Assembly (NCBI GenBank): GCA_002280515.1
Contig: NCEA01000012.1
Coordinates: forward strand, 20,392 to 84,391
From: Rhodobacterales bacterium 32-67-9
GTDB taxonomy: Bacteria; Pseudomonadota; Alphaproteobacteria; Rhodobacterales; Rhodobacteraceae
Direction of reading: 5' to 3'
Length of the DNA: 64,000 bases
The translations under genes were made by a program, and so were the position numbers. How positions within the stretch are numbered: position 1 is the stretch's first letter; each line of letters opens with the position of its first letter. The notes under the pieces were generated by a model that had not been told where the DNA came from, made no database searches, and was given only the letters and a program-made list of their open reading frames with translations. This document shows, one piece after another, positions 37,847 through 48,469 of the stretch.

Positions 37847-38728
37847 TTGGACATTCGCGCGATCTTCATGGGGCTGGCCTTCGCGCTGATGTGGTCCTCC
37901 GCTTTTACCTCGGCGCGGATGATCGTCGCCGACGCGCCGCCCCTGACGGCACTGTCGTTGCGCTTCCTTGTCTCGGGCCTGCTGGGTGTCGCCATCGCCT
38001 GGGCGCTCGGACAAAGCTGGCACCTGTCGCGGGCGCAGTGGCGGTCGGTCGTGATCTTCGGGCTTTGCCAGAACGCGCTTTACCTCGGCCTGAACTTCGT
38101 CGCCATGCAGTGGGTCGAGGCGTCGCTGGCCGCGATCATCGCCTCGACCATGCCGCTCCTGGTGGCATTGCTCGGCTGGCTCTTTCTCGGCCAGAAGGTG
38201 CGCCCGCTCGGCATCGCCGGGCTGGTCGCGGGTGTCATCGGCGTGGCGATCATCATGGGTTCGCGGTTCTCAGGCGGCGTCAGCCTTGCCGGGCTTGTGC
38301 TCTGCGGCCTCGGTGCGCTGGCGCTGGCGGTGGCGACGCTGACGGTGCGGGGCGCCTCGACCGGGGGAAATGTGCTGATGATCGTCGGGTTGCAGATGTT
38401 CGTCGGTGCCGCCCTGCTTGCCGTCGCCGCCCTCGCGACCGAACGGGGGCTGCCGATCAACTGGACGCCGCGGCTGATCCTCGCCTTCGCCTATACGACG
38501 TTGGTGCCGGGACTTATTGCCACCTGGATCTGGTTCAGGCTGGTGGCACGGATCGGCGCGGTCCGGGCGGCGACCTACCATTTCCTCAACCCGTTCTTCG
38601 GCGTCGTCGTCGCTGCCGCGTTGTTGGGTGAGCAGCTTGGCCTCGCCGACGGGATCGGCGTGGCCATCGTCGCCGCCGGGATCCTTGCGGTGCAGATCTC
38701 GAAACAGGCGACCGTCAGAAGCGGCTGA
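37847..38728 (+). CDS. DMT-superfamily (EamA-like) transporter
   Basis: 10-TM pattern with two EamA repeats (LMWSSAFTSARMIV..., LQMFVGAALLAVAAL...). The start is uncertain: I use TTG 37847 after GGAGAAG, and ATG 37868 is an alternative. Confidence 0.8.
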   Translation: MDIRAIFMGLAFALMWSSAFTSARMIVADAPPLTALSLRFLVSGLLGVAIAWALGQSWHLSRAQWRSVVIFGLCQNALYLGLNFVAMQWVEASLAAIIASTMPLLVALLGWLFLGQKVRPLGIAGLVAGVIGVAIIMGSRFSGGVSLAGLVLCGLGALALAVATLTVRGASTGGNVLMIVGLQMFVGAALLAVAALATERGLPINWTPRLILAFAYTTLVPGLIATWIWFRLVARIGAVRAATYHFLNPFFGVVVAAALLGEQLGLADGIGVAIVAAGILAVQISKQATVRSG

Positions 38729-39602
38729 AGAACGCCCAGATTTCGTCGGGGGCGGAGATGTCGGTGTTCACCGGCCCCGCGCGCCCGCCTGGAAGAACCT
38801 TGCGCCCTCCGGGCCAGCCATGTCCGCCGCCGCCCACGCTGTAGAACCCGGTCGGTTCGGCGCAACCTTTTCGGTCGGTATGAATCACGTGGCCGATGCG
38901 GCGATCCGTCCCGCCCTCGCAACGGTTCCTGCCGGCGAAGATGGCAAGCGTCGCATCCGCCGACAGCACCCGGTCCCGGTCCTGCCGTCCAAGGTTGATA
39001 GGCCCTCCCGCGTAGGGAACGAACGGGTCCGCCGTGCCATGGACCAGCAGGAACCCCATCGGCGCGCCCCGGGCGCAGGCCTTTTCGGACGCTTCCGGCA
39101 TGGGCATCGCCACCGGGGCGATGGCGCGGATGAGGCCGGGGGTGCCGCAGGCGAGTGCATAGCTTTCCATCCCGCCACGCGACACGCCGGTGGCAAAGAC
39201 ACGGTCGCGGTCGACAGGATAGTCCCTCGTGACCGCCGCGATGGCCGCGCGCAGGAACCCGGCATCGCTGCGCCGGGGCGTGAGACCTGCGGAAATCTCG
39301 CCGCCGCCGGTGTCCCAGATCCGTCCGACCGCGTCCGGATAGAGGATAAGGAAGCCATGCGCCTCGGCCAGTTCGTCAAACCGCCCCCGCGTCGAATACC
39401 GCACCTCGCGGGCCGATCCGCCACCGCCGTGCAGAACCAGCACAAGCGGCCTTGGGCCCGGAAAGCGGTCGAGCGTGTCGGGGACGTAGAGCCGGAAACT
39501 TCTCGGGATACCGTCATGCACCATCTTCTGGCGCAGTATCTCCGCCCGCGCCGCGAGAGGCGTCAGGAGGAGGGCGACGGCAAGGGCGGCACTGCGGAAC
39601 AT
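38715..39602 (-). CDS. Secreted alpha/beta-hydrolase, PHB-depolymerase/LpqC-type esterase family
   Basis: GGAGG lies before ATG 39602. The signal peptide is MFRSAALAVALLLTPLAARA. LVLVLHGGGGSA and GVSRGG (GxSxG nucleophile elbow) are present. Confidence 0.75.
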   Translation of the reverse strand: MFRSAALAVALLLTPLAARAEILRQKMVHDGIPRSFRLYVPDTLDRFPGPRPLVLVLHGGGGSAREVRYSTRGRFDELAEAHGFLILYPDAVGRIWDTGGGEISAGLTPRRSDAGFLRAAIAAVTRDYPVDRDRVFATGVSRGGMESYALACGTPGLIRAIAPVAMPMPEASEKACARGAPMGFLLVHGTADPFVPYAGGPINLGRQDRDRVLSADATLAIFAGRNRCEGGTDRRIGHVIHTDRKGCAEPTGFYSVGGGGHGWPGGRKVLPGGRAGPVNTDISAPDEIWAFFSRF

Positions 39603-39661
39603 ACGAACCTCCGTTTTCACCCTTCTGATACGCGGTGCGGCCGGTTTTCCGTCGCCGCCCC

Positions 39662-40318
39662 TCACCAGGCGGGCGGCGGCGCCCCAAGTTCGCGGGCGAG
39701 GTCGGCCAGAAAGCGTCGCATAACCGCCGCCCGCTCTTCCGCCAGGCGGCGTCCGGTCGGGGTCAGGAAGGTCTCGGGCAGTTTCAGGAGCTTGACCGCG
39801 AAATGGTCGAGCGCGGAGACCGTGTCGTCCGGCACCCGACCCACCGCAAAGGGATCGTCGGCGTCGAACAGCGGCCGGCCCAGCGCGCCCGAGACGGCGA
39901 AGCAGCGCGCCACCCCGATGGCGCCCAAAGCCTCCAGCCGGTCGGCATCGCGGAGAATGCGCGCCTCGGGCGATTGCGGCTCTGTTCCGCCGGAAAAGCT
40001 GTGCGCCTCGATCGCGTGGCGGGCCTGGGCGATTTCGGTCGGCGTGAGGCCGAGCGCCTGCATCACCGGCCCGGCGGCCGAGGCCGACATCGTCGCGGCC
40101 CGAGCGCGCTTGGGGTGGTCCTTTGGCAACGTCACAAGGTCGTGCAGATAGGCGGCGCAGAGCAGCACACGCGACGGCGCCATCCCCTCGCCATGTGCGA
40201 TGGTGCGGGCATGCATCCAGACCCGGTCGGCATGGGCAAGGTCATGCGTGGTGTCGCCGGCCCCGGATTCAGCCGCCAGAGCCTGCCGAAGCGCGGCACG
40301 CAGCGGCGCAAGGCTCAT
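39662..40318 (-). CDS. HD-domain metal-dependent phosphohydrolase
   Basis: HDLAHADRV...AAYLHDL...[14 protein letters not shown] covers the HD motifs. The start overlaps the aroC stop. Confidence 0.8.
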   Translation of the reverse strand: MSLAPLRAALRQALAAESGAGDTTHDLAHADRVWMHARTIAHGEGMAPSRVLLCAAYLHDLVTLPKDHPKRARAATMSASAAGPVMQALGLTPTEIAQARHAIEAHSFSGGTEPQSPEARILRDADRLEALGAIGVARCFAVSGALGRPLFDADDPFAVGRVPDDTVSALDHFAVKLLKLPETFLTPTGRRLAEERAAVMRRFLADLARELGAPPPAW

Positions 40319-41418
40319 CCGATCCGCCCGCCCGCATCGCCGACCTGCCCGCGATGCAGCAGCAGGTGATCGAGAAGGACGCAAGCCATCATCGCCTCGC
40401 CGACCGGCACGGCGCGGATACCGACGCAGGGATCGTGGCGGCCCTTGGTGACGATCTCGGTCTCCTCGCCCGTCACCGTGATGGTCCTGCGCGGGGTGAG
40501 GATCGACGACGTCGGCTTGACCGCGAAGCGCACCACAACGTCCTGGCCGGAGGAAATGCCGCCAAGGATGCCGCCTGCGTGGTTCGAGGAAAAGCGAGGA
40601 CGGCCGTCATTGCCCATGAATATCTCGTCGGCATTCTCGGTGCCGGTCAGCTCGGCCGCCGCCATGCCCTCGCCGAACTCGACGCCCTTGACCGCATTGA
40701 TCGACATCATCGCGGCGGCCAGATCGGTGTCGAGCTTGCCGTAGACCGGCGCGCCAAGGCCCGCCGGCACGCCCGAGGCCACGACCTCGATCACCGCGCC
40801 AACCGAATTACCGGACTTGCGCAACTCGTCGAGATGCCCGGCCCAGATTTCCGCCGCCGCCGCATCGGGCGACCAGAACGGATTGCGCTCTACCTCCGAG
40901 AGGTCGAAACGGTCGCGATCTGCCCTCAGCCGGCCCATCTGCACCATGTAGCCGGTGATCCTCACCTCGGGCGCGAGATGGTTCAGCGCCGCGCGCGCCA
41001 CCGATCCCGCCGCCACACGTGCTGCTGTCTCGCGCGCCGACGACCGCCCGCCGCCGCGCGGATCGCGGATCCCGTATTTCTGCCAATAGGTGATATCGGC
41101 ATGACCGGGCCGGAACTTCTCTGCGATCTCGCCGTAATCCTTCGACCGCTGGTCGGTGTTCTCGATCATCAACTGGATCGGCGTGCCGGTCGTCCGCCCC
41201 TCGTAGACGCCCGAGAGGATGCGCACCGCATCCGCTTCCCGCCGCTGGGTCGTGTATTTCGACTGCCCCGGCTTGCGCCGGTCAAGCCAGTGCTGGATCA
41301 TCGGCTCGTCAAGCGCGATCCCCGGCGGACAGCCATCGACCGTGGCGCCCAGCGCCGGCCCGTGGCTCTCGCCCCAGGTTGTGACGCGGAAGAGATGACC
41401 GAAGGTATTGAGGCTCAT
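40315..41418 (-). CDS. aroC: Chorismate synthase
   Basis: [33 protein letters not shown] and [17 protein letters not shown] are AroC signatures. Confidence 0.95.
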   Translation of the reverse strand: MSLNTFGHLFRVTTWGESHGPALGATVDGCPPGIALDEPMIQHWLDRRKPGQSKYTTQRREADAVRILSGVYEGRTTGTPIQLMIENTDQRSKDYGEIAEKFRPGHADITYWQKYGIRDPRGGGRSSARETAARVAAGSVARAALNHLAPEVRITGYMVQMGRLRADRDRFDLSEVERNPFWSPDAAAAEIWAGHLDELRKSGNSVGAVIEVVASGVPAGLGAPVYGKLDTDLAAAMMSINAVKGVEFGEGMAAAELTGTENADEIFMGNDGRPRFSSNHAGGILGGISSGQDVVVRFAVKPTSSILTPRRTITVTGEETEIVTKGRHDPCVGIRAVPVGEAMMACVLLDHLLLHRGQVGDAGGRIG

Positions 41419-41497
41419 GGCATGGGCTCCTTTGCCCAAGCGGCATAGCGAAGCCCGCGCCCCCGCTCAAGCCTTCCCTCCCGCCGCCGCTTCATCT

Positions 41498-41556
41498 TGC
41501 CCAAATATCCCGGGGTGAGACCCGGCCCCGCCGGGTCGAGGGGCAGCGCCCCTCGC
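41498..41556 (+). repeat. REP-like intergenic element, divergent copy (AAATATCC head plus G/C hairpins)
   Basis: CTTGCCCAAATATCCCGGGGTGAGACCCGGCCCCGCCGGGTCGAGGGGCAGCGCCCCTCG shares the CTTGCC-AAATATCC head with the copies at 44898, 61385 and 63895. Confidence 0.55.
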
Positions 41557-41594
41557 GCATAATCCGCTTGCACGCGCCCCGCCCTCCACTATGG

Positions 41595-41723
41595 TGCGCC
41601 TCACCTCGGGGTGCTCTGGGATCAGGGCTGAGATGCGAAAGCGAACCCGTTGAACCTGAACCGGTTAAGACCGGCGGAGGGAAGGTCAGGCGACGCGCCA
41701 CCCCCATCTCCGCCCGCCTGACC
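41595..41723 (+). promoter_or_regulatory. TPP (THI-box) riboswitch with downstream 9-bp hairpin before the thiB SD
   Basis: CGGGGTGCTCTGGGATCAGGGCTGAGATGCGAAAGCGAACCCGTTGAACCTGAACCGGTTAAGACCGGCGGAGGGAAGG matches the conserved GGGGUGC / CUGAGA / ACCC-UUGAACCUGA / GGGAA blocks. The GGTCAGGCG (41684-41692) / CGCCTGACC (41715-41723) hairpin ends 3 nt before GGAGGA. Confidence 0.9.
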
Positions 41724-41738
41724 ATTGGAGGATGAGAG

Positions 41739-42740
41739 ATGAGAAAGACCCAGATCTCGACCCTGATGATCGCGGGACTCCTGGCAGCCACCCCGGTGGC
41801 CGCGCAGGAGAAGCCCGTGCTCACGGTCTACACCTATGACAGCTTCGTCTCCGACTGGGGCCCCGGTCCCCAGATCGAGACGGCGTTCGAGGCCGAATGC
41901 GGCTGCGACCTGAAATTCGTGGCGACCGGCGACGGCGCGGCGCTCCTGTCGCGCGTGCTTCTCGAAGGCGCGGGCACCGAGGCCGACATCGTCCTCGGTC
42001 TCGATACCAGCCTGGCCGCCGCCGCCGCCGCATCGGGGCTTTTCGCGCCGCATGGGCAGGATGGCACCGTCTACGACCTGCCGGTTGCATGGACCGATCC
42101 GCTTTTTGTTCCCTATGACTGGGGCTGGTTCGCCTTCGTCTACGACAAGACCAAATCCGACACCGTTCCGGCCGATTTCGAGGCGCTCGCCGCGTCCGAC
42201 CTGAAGATCGTGATCGAGGATCCGCGCTCCTCGACCCCCGGCCTCGGACTCCTGCTCTGGGTCAAGGCCGCCTACGGCGAGCGTGCTGGCGCGATCTGGG
42301 AAGGGCTTTCCGACAATATCGTCACCGTGACGCCGGGCTGGACGGAAGCCTACGGCCTCTTCCTCGAAGGCGAGGCGGACATGGTCCTCTCCTACACCAC
42401 CTCGCCCGCCTATCACCTGATTGCCGAAAGCGATGACAGCAAGGCCGCCGCCGCCTTCCGCGAAGGCCACTACCTTCAGGTCGAGGTCGCGGCAAAGCTC
42501 GCCGGCACCGATCAGGGCGCGCTTGCGGACCGGTTTCTCGCCTTCATCGCCACTGACGCGTTCCAGGGCGCGATCCCGGAAACCAACTGGATGTATCCCG
42601 CGATCACCCCCACCTCCGGGCTGCCGAAGGGGTTCGAGACGCTGATCCGGCCGGACAAGAGCCTGCTTTTCCCGCCCGAGGAGGCCGCGGCGCTCCGCGA
42701 TGCGGCATTGGCCGAATGGCAGACCGCGCTCAGCCGCTGA
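41739..42740 (+). CDS. thiB: Thiamine ABC transporter substrate-binding protein
   Basis: Signal peptide MRKTQISTLMIAGLLAATPVAAQE, then LTVYTYDSFVSDWGPGP. A riboswitch lies upstream and thiP and thiQ downstream. Confidence 0.9.
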   Translation: MRKTQISTLMIAGLLAATPVAAQEKPVLTVYTYDSFVSDWGPGPQIETAFEAECGCDLKFVATGDGAALLSRVLLEGAGTEADIVLGLDTSLAAAAAASGLFAPHGQDGTVYDLPVAWTDPLFVPYDWGWFAFVYDKTKSDTVPADFEALAASDLKIVIEDPRSSTPGLGLLLWVKAAYGERAGAIWEGLSDNIVTVTPGWTEAYGLFLEGEADMVLSYTTSPAYHLIAESDDSKAAAAFREGHYLQVEVAAKLAGTDQGALADRFLAFIATDAFQGAIPETNWMYPAITPTSGLPKGFETLIRPDKSLLFPPEEAAALRDAALAEWQTALSR

Positions 42741-44284
42741 GCGCGGGGCTCCGGCTCGGCGCGGGGGCGGCGGTTCTCCTGACCCTCGCGCTGACGCTCG
42801 GCCCGCTCGGCGCGGTTCTCGCCCGCGCCGGCACTTTTGCGGCGCTCGGCCCGGCCGACTGGGCGGCGCTGCGGTTCACCGTCGCCCAGGCCACGGTCTC
42901 GGCGGCGCTCAGCCTCGGTCTTGCGGTTCCGGTGGCGCGGGCGCTGGCGCGGCGGCGCTTTCCGGGACGAGGGCTTCTGATTACGCTCCTCGGCGCCCCC
43001 TTCATCCTGCCAGTCATCGTCGCGGTGATGGGCCTGCTCGCCATCTTCGGCCGCTCCGGCCTTGTCAACGACGGGCTCGCGGCGCTCGGGATCGGGCGCA
43101 TCTCGATCTACGGTTTCGGCGGCGTCGTCCTCGCCCATGTCTTCTTCAACCTGCCGCTCGCCGTGCGGCTCCTGCTGCAAGGCTGGCTCGCGATTCCGGC
43201 AGAGCGGTTCCGGCTGGCGGCCTCGCTCGGCTTCGGTCCCGGCGACATCGCCCGCCACCTCGAACGGCCGATGCTGAAGGCGCTCGGCCCCGGCATCTTC
43301 GTCACGATATTCCTCATCTGCCTCACCAGCTTCGCCGTCGCCCTGACGCTCGGCGGCGGGCCGCGCGCGACGACGGTGGAACTGGCGATCTATCAGGCGT
43401 TCCGCTTCGATTTCGACCTCGGCCGCGCCGCCCATCTCGCAAGCCTGCAACTCGCGCTCTGTGCGGCCACCGCCCTTGTCGCCGCGCGGTTCACCGTGCC
43501 CTCGGCTTTTGGTGCCGGGCTCGACCGTCCGGTGGCGCGCTGGGATGCGGGCGGCGCCGGGCTGCGGGTCCTCGACACGCTCCTCCTGGGCGCGGCCGCG
43601 CTCTTCCTGCTCGCCCCGCTCGCGGCGGTCTTCCTCACCGGGTTGCCGCGCCTCGCGACCCTGCCGGAGCCGGTCTGGCGGGCCGCGCTGCGTTCTGTCC
43701 TCGTCGCCTGCGGGTCGACCGCCGTCGCGATGGGCGTTTCGCTGCCGCTCGCCCTCGCCATTGCCCGGCGGGGACGGGCGGGGATGCTGGAGGTGGTGGG
43801 GATGCTGCCGCTCGCCACTTCGTCGCTGGTCACCGGGACCGGCCTGTTCCTCCTGCTCCGGCCGCTGGCCAGCCCCGGCGACCTCGCGCTGCCGGTAACG
43901 GTCGCGGTCAATGCGGCGATGGCCCTGCCTTTCGTCCTCCGCGCGCTGATCCCCGCCGCCCGCGACCTCGAGGCGGATTACGGACGCCTTGCCCAAAGCC
44001 TCGGGATGCGGGGGCTTTCGCGGCTCTGGCTTCTCACCCTGCCGCGGCTGCGGCGGCCGCTCGGCTTCTCGGCGGGGCTGACGGCGGCGCTGTCGATGGG
44101 CGACCTTGGCGTCATTGCGCTGTTCGCCGATGAAGACCACACCACGCTGCCGCTTCAACTCTACCGGCTGATGGGGGCTTACCGGATGGCGGACGCGGCC
44201 GGGGCGGCGGTTCTGCTGCTCGGGCTCAGCTTCGGCCTCTTCTGGATGTTCGACCGCGGGGGGCGCGCCGATGCTGGTGCTTGA
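42716..44284 (+). CDS. thiP: Thiamine ABC transporter permease (duplicated permease domains)
   Basis: 522 aa with about 12 TM segments in two BPD_transp_1-like halves. It overlaps thiB and thiQ. Confidence 0.85.
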   Translation: MADRAQPLSAGLRLGAGAAVLLTLALTLGPLGAVLARAGTFAALGPADWAALRFTVAQATVSAALSLGLAVPVARALARRRFPGRGLLITLLGAPFILPVIVAVMGLLAIFGRSGLVNDGLAALGIGRISIYGFGGVVLAHVFFNLPLAVRLLLQGWLAIPAERFRLAASLGFGPGDIARHLERPMLKALGPGIFVTIFLICLTSFAVALTLGGGPRATTVELAIYQAFRFDFDLGRAAHLASLQLALCAATALVAARFTVPSAFGAGLDRPVARWDAGGAGLRVLDTLLLGAAALFLLAPLAAVFLTGLPRLATLPEPVWRAALRSVLVACGSTAVAMGVSLPLALAIARRGRAGMLEVVGMLPLATSSLVTGTGLFLLLRPLASPGDLALPVTVAVNAAMALPFVLRALIPAARDLEADYGRLAQSLGMRGLSRLWLLTLPRLRRPLGFSAGLTAALSMGDLGVIALFADEDHTTLPLQLYRLMGAYRMADAAGAAVLLLGLSFGLFWMFDRGGRADAGA

Positions 44285-44858
44285 GAACATCGTCATCTCG
44301 GGCTTCTTCCCGGCCGCGTCGGGGCGCATCCTCTGGGAGGGGCGGGACATCTCCGGCCTTGCGCCGGGCGAGCGGCCGCTGTCGATCCTCTTCCAGGACC
44401 AGAACCTCTTTCCGCACCTCACCGTCGCGCAGAATGTCGGGCTTGGCCTGTGCCCCAGCCTCCGGCTCACGGCGGCCGAGACCGCAAGGGTGGACGAAGC
44501 ACTCGCCCGCACCGGGCTCGCCGGTATGGGGGATCGGCGGCCCCGCACACTCTCCGGGGGTCAGCAGAGCCGCGTCGCGCTGGCCCGGGTCCTCTTGCGC
44601 AGCCAGCCGCTGATGCTGCTGGACGAACCCTTCTCGGCGCTCGGCCCGGCCCTCAAGGACGAGATGCTCGACCTCGTCTCGGACATCGCCGTCGAGACCG
44701 GCGCCACGGTGCTGATGGTCAGCCACGATCCCGACGATGCCCGCCGGTTCTCCGGCGAAACCATCGTCGTCGCCGAAGGACGCGCTGCCGCGCCAGAGCC
44801 GACGCAAGCTCTTCTCGACAACCCGCCCCCGGCGCTCGCCGCCTATCTCGGCACATGA
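44271..44858 (+). CDS. thiQ: Thiamine ABC transporter ATP-binding protein lacking the Walker A region (probably non-functional)
   Basis: The 195-aa ORF is MLVLENIVISGFFPAASGRILWEG...LFQDQNLF (Q-loop), LSGGQQSRVALARVL (signature), LMLLDEPFSALG (Walker B) and VSHD (H-loop). There is no GxxGxGK[ST] in this or any adjacent frame between the thiP end and residue 10. Confidence 0.8.
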   Translation: MLVLENIVISGFFPAASGRILWEGRDISGLAPGERPLSILFQDQNLFPHLTVAQNVGLGLCPSLRLTAAETARVDEALARTGLAGMGDRRPRTLSGGQQSRVALARVLLRSQPLMLLDEPFSALGPALKDEMLDLVSDIAVETGATVLMVSHDPDDARRFSGETIVVAEGRAAAPEPTQALLDNPPPALAAYLGT

Positions 44859-44860
44859 AA

Positions 44861-44886
44861 AAGGCGCGCCCTGACCGGCGCGCCTT
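44861..44886. terminator. Bidirectional hairpin terminator between convergent thiQ and petC
   Basis: AAGGCGCGCC-CTGACC-GGCGCGCCTT is a perfect 10-bp stem flanked by an A-run (5' side) and a T-rich tract (3' side). Confidence 0.65.
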
Positions 44887-44897
44887 ATCTTCTGTTC

Positions 44898-44935
44898 GAA
44901 AATACCTCGGGGGTCCGGGGGTGGAACCCCCGGCC
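44898..44935 (+). repeat. REP-like intergenic element copy
   Basis: GAAAATACCTCGGGGGTCCGGGGGTGGAACCCCCGGCC contains the CCGGGGG-N5-CCCCCGG hairpin. Confidence 0.7.
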
Positions 44936-44947
44936 TTGGCCCGAAGA

Positions 44948-45748
44948 TCAGGCGGCCTTCTTGCCCTTGTGGGGCGCCCAGAGCCGCTTGTTGGTGAGGT
45001 AGAGCAGCACCGTCAGCAGGCCGAGGAACAGAACCGCGACGAAGCCCGCCTTCTTGCGGTCCATCATCTTCGGTTCCGCCGCCCACATCAGGAAGGCGCT
45101 CACATCCTTTGCCATCTGGTCGACGGTGGCAGGCGTCCCGTCGGCGTAGGTCACCAGATCGTCAGAAAGCGGCGGCGGCATGGCGATCCAGCCGGTCGAG
45201 AAGGCGCGGTTTTCGTAGAAGGTCGAACCGGCCTCGTCCTTGGTCTCCTCGGTATAGCCGGCCAGGATCGCATGGATGTATTCCGGTCCGCCGATGCCAC
45301 GGAAGAACTGGTTGATCCCCAGACCATAGGGGCCGTGGAAGCCGGCCCTCGCCTTGGCCATGAGCGAAAGATCGGGCGCCCCCGCATCGACATTGGCCGG
45401 GAAGTTGTCGGTTTCCTTGCCTTCGCGGTCCTCGCCGGTCTCCTTGTCCACGATCGAGAACTGCGCGGCGTAGGCCCGCACCTGATCCTCCGGCAGATTC
45501 GGCCCGCCCTCGTCAGCCAGGGTGCGGATCGGGACATAGCGCAACCCGTGGCAGGCCGAGCAGACCTCGGTATAGACCTGAAGGCCGCGCTGCAGCTGAA
45601 GCTCGTCATAGGTTCCGAACGGGCCTTCGAACGAGAAGGCCACGTCCTCGATGACCTTCTCTTCGTCGCCGGCGGCGAAGGCCGCGCCGGACAGCGTACC
45701 TGACAGCGCCAGGACGGAAGCGGCCGTGATTGCGATTTTTCTCAGCAT
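44948..45748 (-). CDS. petC: Cytochrome c1 of the bc1 complex
   Basis: Signal peptide, heme site CSACHGL, and a C-terminal anchor [17 protein letters not shown]. It follows petB. Confidence 0.95.
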   Translation of the reverse strand: MLRKIAITAASVLALSGTLSGAAFAAGDEEKVIEDVAFSFEGPFGTYDELQLQRGLQVYTEVCSACHGLRYVPIRTLADEGGPNLPEDQVRAYAAQFSIVDKETGEDREGKETDNFPANVDAGAPDLSLMAKARAGFHGPYGLGINQFFRGIGGPEYIHAILAGYTEETKDEAGSTFYENRAFSTGWIAMPPPLSDDLVTYADGTPATVDQMAKDVSAFLMWAAEPKMMDRKKAGFVAVLFLGLLTVLLYLTNKRLWAPHKGKKAA

Positions 45749-45766
45749 CTCGATCGATCCTTTCCG

Positions 45767-47089
45767 TCACTCGGCCGCATGGGCTTTGGCGCCGTAATGC
45801 GCGTTGAAGTCGTCCTCGATGGTCGCCGGCGGGGTCGTCGGCTTCTCGATCACGCCGAGAACCGGCAGGATCACGAGGAAATAGGCGAACCAGTATGCCG
45901 CGCCGATCAGCGAGATGATCGAATAGGGCGGCTCGGCCGGCCTCGCGCCGCACCACATCAGGACGACGAAGTCGATGATCAGAAGGTAGAACCACCAGCG
46001 GAACATCGGCCGGTTCTGCCCCGAACGCACGTTCGAGGTGTCGAGCCAGGGCACGAGCGCCAACACAATGATCGCACCGAACATCGCGATGACGCCGAAT
46101 AACTTGGCGTCGACGATGCCGAAGGTCACCCAGTTGGTCAGCATGACGATCCAGACATCCGAGGTGAAGGCGCGCAGGATCGCGTAGAAGGGCAGGAAGT
46201 ACCATTCCGGCACGATTTCCGGCGGGGTCATCAAGGGGTTTGCCTCGATGTAGTTGTCCGGGTGGCCGAGGTAGTTCGGCATGAAGCCGACGACCGCGAA
46301 GAAAACGACGAGGATCAGCGACAGCGCGAAGAGATCCTTGATCACGAAGTAGGGCCAGAACGGCAGCGTGTCCTTCTCGGCCTCGGCCTTCGAGCCGCGC
46401 CGCACCTCGACGCCGGTCGGGTTGTTGTTGCCGGTGGTGTGGAACGCCCAGATGTGGACGGCCACCAGTGCGGCAATGACGAAGGGCAGCAGGTAATGCA
46501 GCGAGAAGAAGCGGTTCAATGTCGGGTTGTCGACCGCCGGCCCGCCCAGAAGCCAGGTCTGGATCGGCTCACCGATGCCGGGGATTGCACCGAAGAGGCC
46601 GGTGATCACCGTGGCGCCCCAGAACGACATCTGGCCCCAGGGAAGCACGTAGCCCATGAAGGCGGTGCCCATCATCGCGACGAAGATCACGATGCCGATG
46701 ATCCAGGTAACCTCGCGCGGGGCCTTGTAGGAGCCGTAGAAGAGACCGCGGAAGATGTGGATGTAGACCGCGAGGAAGAAGAGCGAGGCGCCGTTGGCGT
46801 GAATGTAGCGCAGCAGGTAGCCGCCGTTCACGTTGCGCATGATGTGCTCGACGGAGGCGAAGGCCATGTCGACATGCGGCGTATAGTGCATCGCCAGAAC
46901 GATGCCGGTGGCGATCTGAAGAACCAGGCAGAAGGCCAGGACAATGCCCCAGATCCACCACCAGTTCAGGTTCTTCGGTGTCGGGATCATCAGCGTGTCA
47001 TACGCGAGGCTCACCACCGGCAGGCGCCGGTGAAGCCACTGCTCGAACGCCGACTTGGGCTCATAATGGTCGTGCGGAATACCAGCCAT
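45767..47089 (-). CDS. petB: Cytochrome b
   Basis: [24 protein letters not shown]...[14 protein letters not shown]...[24 protein letters not shown]...[13 protein letters not shown] closely resembles the Rhodobacter cytochrome b as I recall it. Confidence 0.97.
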   Translation of the reverse strand: MAGIPHDHYEPKSAFEQWLHRRLPVVSLAYDTLMIPTPKNLNWWWIWGIVLAFCLVLQIATGIVLAMHYTPHVDMAFASVEHIMRNVNGGYLLRYIHANGASLFFLAVYIHIFRGLFYGSYKAPREVTWIIGIVIFVAMMGTAFMGYVLPWGQMSFWGATVITGLFGAIPGIGEPIQTWLLGGPAVDNPTLNRFFSLHYLLPFVIAALVAVHIWAFHTTGNNNPTGVEVRRGSKAEAEKDTLPFWPYFVIKDLFALSLILVVFFAVVGFMPNYLGHPDNYIEANPLMTPPEIVPEWYFLPFYAILRAFTSDVWIVMLTNWVTFGIVDAKLFGVIAMFGAIIVLALVPWLDTSNVRSGQNRPMFRWWFYLLIIDFVVLMWCGARPAEPPYSIISLIGAAYWFAYFLVILPVLGVIEKPTTPPATIEDDFNAHYGAKAHAAE

Positions 47090-47101
47090 GTGTCAGCCCC
47101 C

Positions 47102-47665
47102 TCAGCCGAGTTTGATCGTGGTGTCGTCAGTGAAGACCGCGACCGGAATGTCGAGGTTCCGCGGCGCCGGGCCTTTGCGGATGCGCCCCGCCGTGTCGTA
47201 GTGCGACCCGTGGCAGGGGCAGAACCAGCCACCGAAATCGCCGGAAGCGTTGCCGAGCGGCACGCAGCCGAGGTGGGTGCAGACCCCCATCATGACGAGC
47301 CATTCGCCGGCTTCGTCGAGCGTGCGGTTCTCGTCCGAGGCGTCGGCCTCGGGCATCAGGTTCGCGTTTTCCGCCTTCGGATCAACCAGGTCGGTGAGCG
47401 GCACTGCTCGGGCGGCGTCGATCTCGTCCTGGACCCGGCGGCGAATGAAGACCGGCTTGCCGCGCCATTTAACCGTCAGCTGGGTGCCGACCTCGACACC
47501 CGACACATCGACGAAGATCGACGACAGGGCCTGCACGTCGGCCGAAGGGTTCATCTGGTCTGCAAGGGTCCAGACAGCGGCGCCGGTGGCGACAGTGCCT
47601 GCCCCGGCCGTGGCGTAGTAGAGGAAATCCCTCCGGGTGCCTGCGTGGTCTTCTGCGTGGGACAC
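47102..47665 (-). CDS. petA: Ubiquinol-cytochrome c reductase Rieske iron-sulfur subunit
   Basis: Tat-type N-terminus [14 protein letters not shown]. Rieske boxes CTHLGC and CPCHGSHYD. Confidence 0.95.
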   Translation of the reverse strand: MSHAEDHAGTRRDFLYYATAGAGTVATGAAVWTLADQMNPSADVQALSSIFVDVSGVEVGTQLTVKWRGKPVFIRRRVQDEIDAARAVPLTDLVDPKAENANLMPEADASDENRTLDEAGEWLVMMGVCTHLGCVPLGNASGDFGGWFCPCHGSHYDTAGRIRKGPAPRNLDIPVAVFTDDTTIKLG

Positions 47666-47830
47666 GAAACATTCTCCCTTCTCTGACCGGCAGTCCGGCC
47701 GTGCGACTTAGGGGCGACGGTTTCCCGCAGCCTACAGGGGCGGTTATTAGCGGTCAAAATCAGGCCCGTCCAGCGGACAATCGGGCGCATCGAGGCAGGT
47801 GTGTCGCGGGCGCGTCAGGCTCATGCTTCA

Positions 47831-48469
47831 TCAGGGCAGCAACCCGAGGGCGAGCTTCACTGCGAACCCGGCGAAGAAGAGCCCGACGCCGCCGTTGATC
47901 GCCGGGGCGAGTCGCAGCCAGACCCGAGCGGCCGGCGGGGTCGAGAAGGCGAGCGCGTAGCCCGCATGGATCGTGAAGGCGATGGCGGCGGCGCCGACCC
48001 CCAGCAGGGCAATGTCGCCAGCACGGGCCCGCGCGACCGGGAAGAGCGACAGAATCACAACCCAGGTGGTCAACGCCTTCGGGTTCATCGCGTTGACCGA
48101 GAGCGAGCGCAGGAACGAGGCGCGGGAACCCAGGCCGGCGCGCCCGGCGATGTTCCGGGCGCCGTGGCGCCAGCCGGCCCAGGCGGACCCGAGGTAGCGG
48201 CTCGCGAACCACAGCAGAAGGCCGATGGCGATGACGGTCAGGAGCGTCCGCATCACCGGAACGATCTGAAAGAGCGCGGCCATGCCAAGCGTCATGGCAA
48301 GGCACCAGAGCCCGACCCCCAATGCGACACCCAGCGCCGAGGCAAGCCCCGGCCCGCGACCGGAGCCCATCGCCGTGGTGATCGTGTTCAGGACATTCGG
48401 CCCCGGCGAGGCGATGTTCATCGCCAGCACCGCCCAGACCGTCAGGAAAGGTGCCAGACTGAGACTCAC
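47831..48469 (-). CDS. LysE/RhtB-family amino-acid exporter
   Basis: ASPGPNVLNTITTAMGSGR is the LysE N-terminal motif. 6 TM, 212 aa. The GTG start overlaps the upstream GST stop. Confidence 0.85.
   Translation of the reverse strand: MSLSLAPFLTVWAVLAMNIASPGPNVLNTITTAMGSGRGPGLASALGVALGVGLWCLAMTLGMAALFQIVPVMRTLLTVIAIGLLLWFASRYLGSAWAGWRHGARNIAGRAGLGSRASFLRSLSVNAMNPKALTTWVVILSLFPVARARAGDIALLGVGAAAIAFTIHAGYALAFSTPPAARVWLRLAPAINGGVGLFFAGFAVKLALGLLP

Noticed and set aside
38715-38728. A 14-nt convergent overlap of the EamA transporter and esterase 3' ends as a possible antisense-regulation feature.
   Set aside because: Short convergent overlaps are common in compact high-G+C genomes. Nothing else supports a function.
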